Positions 53,401-64,000 of a DNA stretch of 64,000 nucleotides are shown piece by piece (positions within the stretch are counted from its first letter, which is position 1; every line of letters begins with the position of its first letter). The notes below the pieces were generated by a model that ran no database searches, was not told the origin of the DNA, and saw nothing but the letters and a program-made list of their open reading frames with translations. The stretch is from Octopus bimaculoides (lineage: Eukaryota): assembly GCF_001194135.2 (NCBI RefSeq), contig NC_068982.1, positions 68,537,262 through 68,601,261 of the forward strand, in the 5' to 3' direction. The translations under genes and the position numbers were made by a program.

Positions 53401-56400
53401 ATTACCACTGCTTGATTTGCCAACACCTTTATAGTGTGTACTGAGTGTTTTATTCACAGTACCAGTACTTGTGCAGGTGCCTTGTAATTTGCAAGACAAA
53501 AGAGCCTCATGACTGCAAAGGAGAATAGGGGAGGGTGTGTTGATGTAGGTGAGGTATTGAGAGAAAGTATGAATGGGAAGATTTATTGTGAGAGGGTTGT
53601 AGTGGAGGAAGTAATGGCAGAGACAGTGTTGGTAGGTAGGTTGAGGGGAGGAGCAATAGTAAAAGAGTCATATAATATATATATATATATATACACAGGG
53701 TGCGTAAGGTAAGGTATTTGAGGACATACCTTTTTTGGGTCATTGCTGCATTTTTTTCTAAATCTGTATAATCTTTGTTTCAGAAAATAATAATGGCAGA
53801 CCCTCAGCTCACTCAAGAAATGAAGAGGCATGCTGTTATTGTGGTTATAATGGCTGAGCATAGCAATTTAGAAATATCTCGATTTTTAAAAGTTGCCAGA
53901 TCTTTCGTTCACAAAGTTTGTAAGGAGCTAGAGACTGAAGATGGAAATGTATCACCAGTATCAAAGCATAAAAAGCATTCTAAATGCTCTGAAATCATCA
54001 GAACACTTGAATTTATCTAGCAAGTTCAACAGACCATTAATTACAATCCCAGAAAGTCCATGAGGTCAATTGCAAAAGATTTCCATGTATTAGAAGGAAC
54101 AGTCAGAAATGGTGTCCACGAAGACATCAATCTTATATGATAACGAAAGAAAATCACTACATCAGATCTAAAAGGTTCTTAAACAAACTAAAAAAATCCA
54201 GCAGAAGATGATTTGATTTGGTTTTTCTCAAATGAGAAAAACTTCAACCAAGATCAAAAAGTTAACAGAAGAAATGACAGATGGTTATGCACAGACCCTT
54301 CTGAAGTTCCAAGTGTTAGGCATACAATATTTCCAGCAACTGTCATGGTTTTAAGGGTTATCGGCAATGAAGGACATGTGATGCCTTCTTACTTCTTTCC
54401 ACAAGGCCTTAGAGTTAACTCTGCTGCCTACATTGAGGTCCTGGAAACAATTGTTAAGCCCTAGATAGACAGCGTATGTAATGGAAGACCATACGCGTTC
54501 CAGTAAAACTCTGCACTATCACACACGGCTCTAGTAACACAGGAATGGATGGCTGAAAATTTTCATGATCACATAACCCCTAACATTTGGCGCATTGTTG
54601 AGAGAGAGGTCAATGAACACGCCCATAACACCAAAGATTCTTTGAAAGCTGCCATAGTCAGAGTAATGTCTAAAATGAACCAGGACCACTTGATTCAAGC
54701 ATTATAGATGATTTAGTTCTCATATAGAAGCAGTTGTTGAAGCTGAAAGTGGTTTTATTGAATAACTTTTATAGAAAAGGTTTATTTTTATCCTCATAGC
54801 AATTTTTTGATAAATGAAGTTGTTATCTGTTATTAGATGTTTTCTTGTTATAAACATAAATCTGTTCGTAAATATTTTATGCACCCTGTATATATGAGAA
54901 AAAAAATTACATTTCTAAATTTGCCAGACAAAAATAAATATTGACAAAATGCAATGCTGCCCGACTATCCTGACAGTTCATCATCAATAATTTTTTTTGA
55001 TAAATAAAAACAAAACAAAAATAGAATTTAACCAAACTTACTTTCCCAAACTTCATCTGTCACTACATTAATTTCAGTTACATTCTTCAGTGAATTAGTA
55101 TAGAGACTCAGCTGCAATGTATCGATCCAGAAAGTAAATTTACAAACATTGGCTTCTAACTCCCAGACCTTCCACGGTGACAAGCTGAAAAAAAATGTGA
55201 TATTCAGAACAAAAGAGAAAACAAATTTTAAAAAAGTAAATGCTTAAAAGTACACAATAATTATATACATAGTTTTCTGTCCATCTGTCACCTTCTCTGT
55301 CCACCTGTCACCTTCCTTTCACACTCTCTTGCAAACTAACTTACCTACCCCATTACCCTGTCAAATCCTCTATCACTTCTCTTATATTCACCTTCCTGTA
55401 ACTTGAGTATGCCCTGACATATCTTCAACACTGTTTTCTTTCTTTTCCAACTGGGGTAGCCATGTATCTATTTCCTCTACAGTAAGACACCAGTTTCTAT
55501 CTATCTATCTACATACTTTAAACTTGCATCACCTGGCATAAAGCCACCTCCCTCAATACTGTTCCCACATCAGTTGAGGGATTGGGGTCTTGCCTCGTGA
55601 GTTACTTGGTGAACCTACTAGTGCTGGTGCTCCGAAACAAAACACTCAGAACTCTGTAAATTCATCAGTATTAGGAAAGGCATCTAGCCATAGAAACCAT
55701 TCCAAAGTAGACATTGGAGCTTGGCACAGTCCTCTAGCCTGGCAGCTCCTGTCATAACGTCCAACACATACCAGCACAGAAAATGGATGTTAAATGGTGG
55801 TGGAGGTAGTGATGATGATGATGATGATGAGACGTTTTACTTTCAATTATTCATGTTAAGCATACCCCATCATTAGTGCTATCATTTAATATTCATTTTC
55901 TGATAATGATCCAGTTCTGAAATAATAATGGGTTTTTTTGGACAAGGACAAAGAGAAATATTTAAGATCCTACTTTTAGCCTTTTCATAGTAAATCTGAT
56001 GAACATATTTGATGCAATATACCTTGATGTTATAGTATATAGTACTGTATTCTCTCAAATACCTTCAGGCAGAAAAACAAAACTCAACTATGATAATCAT
56101 CATCATTTTAATGTCTAATTTTCTATGCTTGAATGGGCCAGACGTGAAATTATTTGAAGCACATATTAAATGGTTCAATGCTCTTTCTGTTGCTAAAAAT
56201 TGCGTGTTTCCAAATAAAGTAATGTTTTCCCCTAGTTCTTTGAACACAAACAGCACACACAGCTGGACATCACAGCTTATGGTGTAACAGTGGTGTTTCT
56301 TGACAACTATCACACAATGTCAAGACAAAAAGATACAAACACACACATACAAAACTCATTCATTTTACATCCACTTACCCCTGCTAGTACAAGTTAAATA

Positions 56401-59400
56401 TATTTAGGTGTTGTTTTACAGCTGGAAACCCTTCCTGTCACTAACCTCTACTACATTAATATTCCTTGAACTTTCTGTCTTTCATATAAGGGATCTCTTA
56501 TTTCATGCACCTTTGAAAGTACAAAATGATTGGGTGATTTGTTGACAAAAACACCATTTCTAGTAGGCAACTTCCATAGGTGTAAAGATGTTGGCACTCC
56601 GTTGCTTACGACGTCAAGGGTTCCAGTTGAACCGATCAACAGAACAGCCTGCTCGTGAAATTAACGCGCAAGTGGCTAAGCAATCCACAAACACGTGTAC
56701 CCTTAACGTAGTTCTCGGGGATATTCAGTGTAACAGAGTGTGACAAGGCTGACCCGTTGAATTACAGGCACAACAGAAACAGGAAGTAAGAGTGAGAGAA
56801 AGATGTGGTGAGAGAGTACAGCAGGGTTCACCACCATCCCCTGCCGGAGCCTCGTGGAGCTTTAGGTGTTTTCGCTCAATAAACACTCACAACGCCCGGT
56901 CTGGGAATCAAAACCGCGATCCTATGACTGTGAGTCTGCTACCCTAACCACTGGGCCATTGCGCCTCCACGCAGTGTAAAGATAAACAAACACACAGACA
57001 TGCACATCACACACAAACACGCAGCATACAGTTAGAAGTACAACTGTTATGGATAAGTCCAGTGCTCCACATAGAGTATCATCATCCAGCTATTGTGCAC
57101 TTGGAACGTCCAATGCAGAGGTTGCAAATAAACAAGTACTCCATCAGTTACAACAGCCTGCTCATGAAAATGTGCAAGTGTTTGAGCACTCCACAGACAC
57201 ACATACCCTTAATGTAGTTCTCAAAGAGATTCAGCATGACACAGATTGTGACAAGGCTGGTCCTTTGAAATACAGATTTTTGCCGGGCTGGCCCCTATGC
57301 AGATGACACATAAAATACACCATTTCGAGCATGGCCGTTGATCGTTACCAACGTCGCCTCCCTGGCACGTGAAAAGACATTCGAGCGAGATCGTTGCCAG
57401 TGCCGATGGACTGGCTCCTGTGCAGGTGGCACGTAAAACACACCATTTTGAGCGTGGCCGTCGCCAGTTCCGCCTTACTGGCCCTCGTGCCGGTGGCACT
57501 TAAAACGCCCACTACACACTCAGTTGGCGTTAGGAACGGCATCCAGCTGTAGAAACTCTGCCAAATCAGATTGGAGNNNNNNNNNNNNNNNNNNNNNNNN
57601 NNNNNNNNNNNNNNNNNNNNNNNNNNNNNNNNNNNNNNNNNNNNNNNNNNNNNNNNNNNNNNNNNNNNNNNNNNNNNNNNNNNNNNNNNNNNNNNNNNNN
57701 NNNNNNNNNNNNNNNNNNNNNNNNNNNNNNNNNNNNNNNNNNNNNNNNNNNNNNNNNNNNNNNNNNNNNNNNNNNNNNNNNNNNNNNNNNNNNNNNNNNN
57801 NNNNNNNNNNNNNNNNNNNNNNNNNNNNNNNNNNNNNNNNNNNNNNNNNNNNNNNNNNNNNNNNNNNNNNNNNNNNNNNNNNNNNNNNNNNNNNNNNNNN
57901 NNNNNNNNNNNNNNNNNNNNNNNNNNNNNNNNNNNNNNNNNNNNNNNNNNNNNNNNNNNNNNNNNNNNNNNNNNNNNNNNNNNNNNNNNNNNNNNNNNNN
58001 NNNNNNNNNNNNNNNNNNNNNNNNNNNNNNNNNNNNNNNNNNNNNNNNNNNNNNNNNNNNNNNNNNNNNNNNNNNNNNNNNNNNNNNNNNNNNNNNNNNN
58101 NNNNNNNNNNNNNNNNNNNNNNNNNNNNNNNNNNNNNNNNNNNNNNNNNNNNNNNNNNNNNNNNNNNNNNNNNNNNNNNNNNNNNNNNNNNNNNNNNNNN
58201 NNNNNNNNNNNNNNNNNNNNNNNNNNNNNNNNNNNNNNNNNNNNNNNNNNNNNNNNNNNNNNNNNNNNNNNNNNNNNNNNNNNNNNNNNNNNNNNNNNNN
58301 NNNNNNNNNNNNNNNNNNNNNNNNNNNNNNNNNNNNNNNNNNNNNNNNNNNNNNNNNNNNNNNNNNNNNNNNNNNNNNNNNNNNNNNNNNNNNNNNNNNN
58401 NNNNNNNNNNNNNNNNNNNNNNNNNNNNNNNNNNNNNNNNNNNNNNNNNNNNNNNNNNNNNNNNNNNNNNNNNNNNNNNNNNNNNNNNNNNNNNNNNNNN
58501 NNNNNNNNNNNNNNNNNNNNNAATTATTACATTTATTGTTCAATTACATACAAAGAACGCACTCACCCAATGTTCGTTATGAATAAACAAAAGTCATGTC
58601 CGCCATATATATATCAATGACCTTTTACTACGACAGTCCCACAAGACAACAACAATGAAACAATGAACTCAGACGAACCACATGACACACGGAACGTCAG
58701 ACGAATTACATATCTAACAGTCCATATAACACTGCTTGCAGTAGATCTCCTTTGTTATCATTAGGTTTGGGTTTAAAAGTTCAAAGTAGACTAAACCTTT
58801 CATATCCCACCAAACAGATAACAACACCTTATGTAGGTGAAGACCTTCTTTAGCCTGGGGTGCTGGTGTTTCTCCTTTCCTTATCCAATGTCTTTGGCAT
58901 TTGACATTTTTATAGAGAACCCATTTCTCGTCACCAGTCACTATTCAGTCCAAAAAAAGGTTCATTCATGAAATCTGACATCAAAGAAGAGCACACATTC
59001 ATTCACTCTCTGCACACAATTAGACTCAGAAAGTTTGTGAGAAACCCATTCACCCAAATTACTGACTCTTTTGACAGCACACAGGTGTCGATGAATGGTT
59101 GAATGACCAAATCCAAGCTTCTCTGCCAGTTCTTTAACAGTTACGATGGGATTTTGTTCCACCTGGGTTTGCAGGAGACCCATGTCAAGCTCTACAGATC
59201 TACCAGGACAAGACTCATCTTCTCAGCTGTAGTTTCCGGCTCAGAATTTCTGGAACCGCCGTTGACACTGGCTTACACTTATTGTCCAATCCCCATATTC
59301 GTTCCAGTGCTTTACATTCTGAGTACAAATGCTGCCATTGGCCTGTTTAACTCCACCACTTGGCACCTTTGATGCCTTTAGAAGAGTTTGTTCTGTTGTG

Positions 59401-62400
59401 AGCTTTCAGACCAGATTTCCTTGCACTTTCTGTTGCATTGTTGCCTTTATTGAACTCATAAAGCAAAATATGCCGAATATGCTACTTTTGTCATTTCCAT
59501 CATAGCTTTGAAAAAATTACTGTTAAAATCGAACTGCACTCTTCAAAACTAGCACTAAGAATAAATACAAGGTAAAATTACTACCTGCTTTTATAGCAAG
59601 TTGATGCAAGTAGTTTATCCCGTCCCCCTCCAACTTTTAGTTCTGCAATTGAAAAAGAACGCATTATATGTGGAATGAGCCAATACCAGGCTTAAAATTA
59701 AAATAAGTACCGGAGGAGGGTCATTCAACTAAAATACTTCAAGGCAGTGCCCCAGCATGGGTGCAGTCTGATGACTGAAACAATTACAAGATATGTATTG
59801 AGAGGCAAGGTTCTGGATATCGGTTGAATATCGCCTTTCTCCCATTGTTTTCTTATTCTTCGTGTTGCCAAGGCTCCAGTAGTCGAGTAAAGAAGTATTA
59901 GGCAAAACGCAGGTTCTCCATTAGTTTTTATTTACAATATATACACAGGTGTGGTATGTTGCTCTTTTGCAGCCATCTCATGCGGTATGAATTCATCATT
60001 CTCCATTACATGGGCTATTGCCTCAGGAGATGCGACAAGCGGACTAGCCTAGAGGTTTAGCCAGTGAAGTGTGCTCTGCTGGCGGTTGCAGCGGGAAAAG
60101 TGAGATCGAACCTCGAGGTTTCTTTCCTTTTAAAGTTTTGCCATCACAAGCCTCGTTGTGAGCTCGCGCATGGCAAATGGATGCAGGTGAGGTCTCGTTC
60201 CAGTCTCGGAGATGGCAATGGCTGCCGCAAGATCTCATTCAATATGGCACTGACTGCTTGTGCCGCTACAGATACATACAACAGGTTTTGATCAGCCTGG
60301 GATATAGTTGAAGATGGCAGCACAAAGTACTGTGCAGAAGGGCTGAAACCAAAACCAGGTGGTTGTAATGCAAAGTTCTTATCCATACAGCCATGTCTGA
60401 GTCTATGGATATGATCTGTTCCTTTTCTTTTCTTTTTTTTTTATTTTGACTTCAATATAAGAGATGTAGCAAAGTTAACAGGATTTGAATTCACAAATTA
60501 TTAGTCCTATATATAAACTACTGTTACAAACTGATCCATCCTTCCTACTTTTACGCACACAAGGTTTCTCAACACTGATAATAACTAGAAACTTACATGG
60601 AATAAAGGTTAAGTTCAATATCTTTGTTCTCAAGGGACAGTTGTTCAGGAGTCGTTCCATTCTGTAATTGGTGGTAAGTATCATCCAGTCTTTTGCAGGT
60701 TTCAATTAGTTTAACTTTCTCAGCAGTAAACTGAGTGCATTTCCTGTAAAGAGAACCAGCCAGCATCAATAAATTAAAAGCAATCAATAATTCATAATTA
60801 AACCATGTCACATTAAATAGTTTTGTTAAATCCAAATAGAATAACAGCAAGGTTTCTTTTGACAAAACTGAAACTGAGCAAATCTAGCGTACTGGATTTG
60901 GGACTCATTCTCCCATATTTAACCTTTTTGACATGTTGGGATTCACTACAACTATAGTCACCATCACCAGCAGCATTAAGAAAATATCTCTTAAGAGTTT
61001 CGTTAACCTTAAAAATTAGTAAATAAGATATCTGGAGCATTCAGAGATGTATAGTTTCTTATATTTTATATAAAAGAGTGAACTAAATGCCTGGGATTAT
61101 TTTTCTTGTAGAAGCAACAATGATGTTGTTAAGTAGCCACAATCAGTTCTATATATAAATCTATATTGCTGTTCAATCCGTTGAAGCAGCCCACAGTTCT
61201 TGACTTCCAGATACGTAAATATCAGGTGCCCAAGATCAGTGGAGTTAGTTACATTCATTGCATGATTGTTATTTAAGCTACAGGTATATCATCTTAATAT
61301 TTCAGATTTATGCGTATACAGACACAGCTGAGTGATTAAGAAATTTGTTTCACGATCATGAGGTCCTAGATTCAATCCCACTGCATGGTATCTTGGGCAA
61401 GTATCTTTACCATGACCTCAGGTAGTGAAATTGGGAAGCCAGAAACTGCATGTAAGCTCATGAGATAGATTGCATCTGCAGTTTAAAAGTCCAGCCTTGT
61501 CATATCACACTGACTTAGCTTAGGAATTATGTCATATGTCTGTGGTATACTCATTCACTTACATGTTGATTTGACAAATTTAACATTCAGTTAAGCAAAC
61601 AACTGAATGCTCATCCTTAAAACCAATGGAGGAAATAATCTATCATCTTTATGATAGACTTGTTCTTACAATTATTACTTTAAAGATAGTATAGGGGTCT
61701 ATGTAGAGATTTTTACTGCAACAACATACAGGTTGATTAACTACATAAACAGTTCCTCTCACTGGCTGCTGGTCTGAGAAAGAGAGGGTTAGGTTTTTTT
61801 TTAAAGTCATTGTCCATGACTCTTTACAGATGATCCTGACACTAGTGAGGAGAAAGTTATCCTTAAACAAGAGACCTGGTCTGAAAGCTCGCAACAGAGT
61901 AGACTCTTTTAAAGACATCAAAGGTGCCAAGTGGTGGAGTTAAACTGACCAATGGCAGCATTTGAACTCAAAATGCAAAGCAATGGAACAAATACTGCAA
62001 GGCATCCAGTCCAACATTCTTATTGTCCCATCAATCCACCATCCAGGATTAATACCTATTTTTTCTTTTTTTTTAATCTCCTCTGAAAAGATGAAAGGTA
62101 AAGTAGACCTTGATGTGATTTGAACATAGCATATATTCAAAACAAATACCACAAGGCATCCTACTTGATATAATAACTTCAATTCATTGCCCTAATTAAC
62201 AGCTTTGTATTTCTACTCTAATTTTGGTATGGTCTTAAAGCATTTTGTAGAATTGTATGAGAATTGTATGCATTTGGGGAGCAACAAGTCTGTCATCAGT
62301 AATCAATTGGCTGTACAGAAATCATAATTGCTGATTCAGTTTCTGACAATAAATAATCAAATCAAACATCTTTTGTATATATGACTATCATTTCCTCAAA

Positions 62401-63910
62401 CAAACACAAACCCTATTCTTTTACAGCACAAACTCCAAGTCCACTTGTTGGTTCTGCTACAATAACTATAAAAAAAACCTTGAAATATATTAACCCTTTC
62501 GTTACTAACCCGGCCATAGCCAGCCGAAAAATTTTTTGGTTCATAAGACTAACCTGGCCGTAGCCGGCCGAACATACCCATTGTTATTTAAATGTATATT
62601 TGAACCCAAATCTCGTTAGTACATTCGTTAAAACACCTGATTTCACTTTGCAAACAGTTGAGTTATTGTCTCCGACATTGTTTGGCGTGATATTTGAACT
62701 CAGTGAATTTTGGAAGATTTTTTTGCACATTTTTTGCGGCGTTAATTTTTTTAAACTTTGAAGATGGAGAGGAGTTTCATGCTATCAAGCAGTGATTCCA
62801 AATTTGAAGGTTTTTCAACAGAAGATATGGAGATATCGAAGAAAAGAATGAATGAGCTACAAAAGCACGTGGTGAACGATAATGAATCGGATATTTCTGT
62901 ATCCGAAACTGAAAGCAGCGACGGCNNNNNNNNNNNNNNNNNNNNNNNNNNNNNNNNNNNNNNNNNNNNNNNNNNNNNNNNNNNNNNNNNNNNNNNNNNN
63001 NNNNNNNNNNNNNNNNNNNNNNNNNNNNNNNNNNNNNNNNNNNNNNNNNNNNNNNNNNNNNNNNNNNNNNNNNNNNNNNNNNNNNNNNNNNNNNNNNNNN
63101 NNNNNNNNNNNNNNNNNNNNNNNNNNNNNNNNNNNNNNNNNNNNNNNNNNNNNNNNNNNNNNNNNNNNNNNNNNNNNNNNNNNNNNNNNNNNNNNNNNNN
63201 NNNNNNNNNNNNNNNNNNNNNNNNNNNNNNNNNNNNNNNNNNNNNNNNNNNNNNNNNNNNNNNNNNNNNNNNNNNNNNNNNNNNNNNNNNNNNNNNNNNN
63301 NNNNNNNNNNNNNNNNNNNNNNNNNNNNNNNNNNNNNNNNNNNNNNNNNNNNNNNNNNNNNNNNNNNNNNACGTAAGGAGAACTTTTAGACAAAAATTAT
63401 GCAATAGAATTGATTAAGAACCCTTTCTTTAATTATGTTCCAAATATCACAATATGTTGATAAATAAAAAAGTTACAGGTGTTTAATGAGACTAATCTAA
63501 ATTCATGATTATTTTAGAATTTAATTGAAACTCATGAGGGGTGTATTTTGGTCAGAAATATAGTAACCAAAGGGTTAAGACAGGCTGGACAATAAACCAG
63601 ATATAACATACCCAGACTGATAACACCAACAGGAAATAAACATTGCATGTGATGGGATGTGTGTGGCATGGTCCCAGCCTAGATAAAAGCATGACATATG
63701 CAATGTACTAGAACAAAGTTTATGCGATTATATTTGTTCTTTTGAATTACTATTTATAAGACAATACACTCAACTTGACATTATATTTAGTATATCCTTA
63801 TTATCAATAAACTTTTTTGTAACACAATCTCTGAAAAAATTTATCTTCACCATCCAAAATAGATACTTACAAAGAAAGTATGTCTTCCGCTTTTTTTATG
63901 GATTCAGCTT
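47372..63910 (-). CDS. KNL1: Kinetochore scaffold KNL1 (CASC5/Spc105), last 7 exons: coiled coil and tandem RWD domain; 5' part lies beyond the right edge
   Basis: Exons 63871-63910, 60597-60743, 55042-55184, 50388-50497, 49798-49898, 48241-48366, 47372-47477 splice GT-AG in consistent phase to ...AESIKKAEDILSLKCTQFTAEKVKLIETCKRLDDTYHQLQNGTTPEQLSLENKDIELNLYSILSPWKVWELEANVCKFTFWIDTLQLSLYTNSLKNVTEINVVTDEVWESVADDHPWLCLAHNMRKATLKETEIFKNCTTISQFSKSLHVFSAEMMKLQDLAKEIYSLSIKYQLKLQNNCITITYCCLKSMSKVMVDYYVDAVQYPFSFIKFEIKYQYGQISCEDIARRLQKVQPGLCYFSRLVNAVDLELAASKF*. This matches, in order, the recalled human KNL1 motifs LSEWDVVEW..AVFTFVYDTIQL, LVHKLI..KTCTTQHQLPK, LGEEI, YPSVPL and DDIATILSKVP. Confidence 0.85.
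47745..47968 (-). mobile_element. tRNA-SINE with Nin-like domain
   Basis: Minus-strand head AAGGCGGAGAGCTGGCAGAA...GAGTTCAAATTCTGCC; core TATCGACCCCGGAAGGATGAAAGGCAAAGTCGA. Confidence 0.75.
48241..48366 (-). CDS. KNL1: KNL1 RWD-C exon (ITITYCC...QYPFSFIKFEIKYQYGQI)
   Basis: ttttctttcttgtag acceptor, AG|GTAAAA donor. Confidence 0.88.
48441..48655 (+). mobile_element. piggyBac mini-element retaining the Cys-rich C-terminal domain coding sequence
   Basis: TTAA|CCTCTTGCAGACGG ... CCATCTGCAAAAGG|TTAA; interior encodes ETLCEQCNVSLCAAPCFQIY. Confidence 0.85.
49798..49898 (-). CDS. KNL1: KNL1 RWD exon (SLHVFSAEMMKLQDLAKEIY...QNN)
   Basis: ctcttattacag acceptor, TG|GTATTA donor. Confidence 0.88.
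50388..50497 (-). CDS. KNL1: KNL1 RWD exon (VADDHPWLCLAHNM...NCTTISQFSK)
   Basis: cttttag acceptor, AAG|GTAGGT donor. Confidence 0.88.
50903..51222 (+). mobile_element. (CAT)n-headed repeat, same family as 22112-22489
   Basis: Direct sequence similarity. Confidence 0.8.
51551..52897 (+). mobile_element. Non-autonomous Helitron-like element containing microsatellites and an N gap
   Basis: A|TCTATAAAAC 5' end; 3' hairpin CCCGG-GCAAAG-CCGGG (52870-52885), then CTAG|T; A/T insertion site, no TSD. Confidence 0.75.
52900..53330 (-). mobile_element. LINE apurinic endonuclease relic
   Basis: MIINVYAL....FYNQLEDL resembles the INVYAP..FY..L motif. Confidence 0.5.
53696..54888 (+). mobile_element. 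Near full-length degenerate maT (DD37D-type) transposon in a KNL1 intron
   Basis: TIRs CAGGGTGCGTAA / TTATGCACCCTG|TA; EMKRHAVIV, WFFSNEKNF, VMPSYFFPQGLRVN, YAFQ*NSALSH; the SPDLNPLD segment is deleted. Confidence 0.9.
55042..55184 (-). CDS. KNL1: KNL1 RWD-N exon (LSPWKVW...FTFWIDTLQL...VWE)
   Basis: ttttttttcag acceptor, A|GTAAGT donor. Confidence 0.9.
56589..56968 (-). mobile_element. tRNA-derived SINE, reverse copy of 8059-8426
   Basis: Reverse-complement match over its full length; a decayed third copy lies at about 61320-61630. Confidence 0.85.
57285..57576 (-). mobile_element. (CAT)n-headed repeat family copy, cut by the N gap
   Basis: Reverse complement of 50996-51222 over about 220 bp. 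Confidence 0.8.
57577..58520. other. Assembly gap; other gaps at 2256-2265, 52455-52520 and 62926-63370
   Basis: N runs. Confidence 1.
58720..59683 (-). mobile_element. mariner (DD34D-type) element, 3'-truncated and frameshifted
   Basis: Start at 59500 (HILLYEFNKGNNATES), VTGDEKWVLYKN, HKVLLSVWWD; left TIR TA|TTGGCTCATTCCACATATAATGCG. Confidence 0.88.
59794..60390 (-). mobile_element. Ty3/Gypsy 3' remnant: integrase tail and LTR (59794-60010)
   Basis: LQPP..F....AQYFVL resembles the GPY/F integrase tail; the downstream 217-bp unit starts TGTAAT, contains AATAAA and ends AATACA (TG...CA). Confidence 0.55.
60597..60743 (-). CDS. KNL1: KNL1 coiled-coil exon (KCTQFTAEK...LNLYS)
   Basis: ctctttacag acceptor, AT|GTAAGT donor, 147 nt open. 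Confidence 0.88.
62494..63574 (+). mobile_element. piggyBac-type non-autonomous element containing an N gap
   Basis: TTAA|CCCTTTCGTTACTA ... TAGTAACCAAAGGG|TTAA; acidic ORF start MERSFMLSSSDSKFEGFSTED...SDISVSETESSDG, typical of piggyBac N-termini. Confidence 0.8.
63871..63910 (-). CDS. KNL1: KNL1 coiled-coil exon (EAESIKKAEDILSL)
   Basis: ttttgtag acceptor, TT|GTAAGT donor; phase 1 to phase 2, fits the next exon. Confidence 0.7.
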
Positions 63911-64000
63911 CTACAAAAGTAAAAAAGCCATAAAATAGATTATTAATCAACTATATATCACAGAAATATCAGCAAATATGTGTGTACTATAAGTGCATTT

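Noticed and set aside
57524-58620. Longest ORFs in the track (325-352 aa; also 62751-63417 and 52246-52609)
   Set aside because: Artefacts of N runs translated as X.

Overview
Animal genomic DNA, AT-rich, with four N gaps. The SINE, MITE and microsatellite content points to an octopus (inference). Three spliceosomal genes were reconstructed by hand from splice sites and reading phase. (1) The 5' end of REPS1/2 on the minus strand: first coding exon 13268-13417, then an intron of more than 13 kb running off the left edge. (2) A complete 15-exon RBBP4/RBBP7 gene (Caf1-55/p55, 426 aa) on the plus strand, 14737-42154, head-to-head with REPS across about 1 kb. (3) The last seven exons of a divergent KNL1 (coiled coil plus tandem RWD) on the minus strand, 63910-47372, convergent with RBBP4; the ORF track shows this gene only as fragments. 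The rest is decayed TEs: maT/DD37D, mariner, Tigger, hAT-Charlie, piggyBac MITEs, Helitron, a Gypsy LTR, LINE relics and tRNA-SINEs. The best leads are the REPS/RBBP divergent pair, which mirrors human REPS2/RBBP7, and RBBP4 intron 3. That 6.7 kb intron is TE-poor, interrupts the Thr72 codon, appears absent from human RBBP4, and holds candidate poison/decoy exons, an in-frame 11-aa cassette and a UGCAUG cluster. No database searches were run; comparisons with human proteins and loci are from memory.
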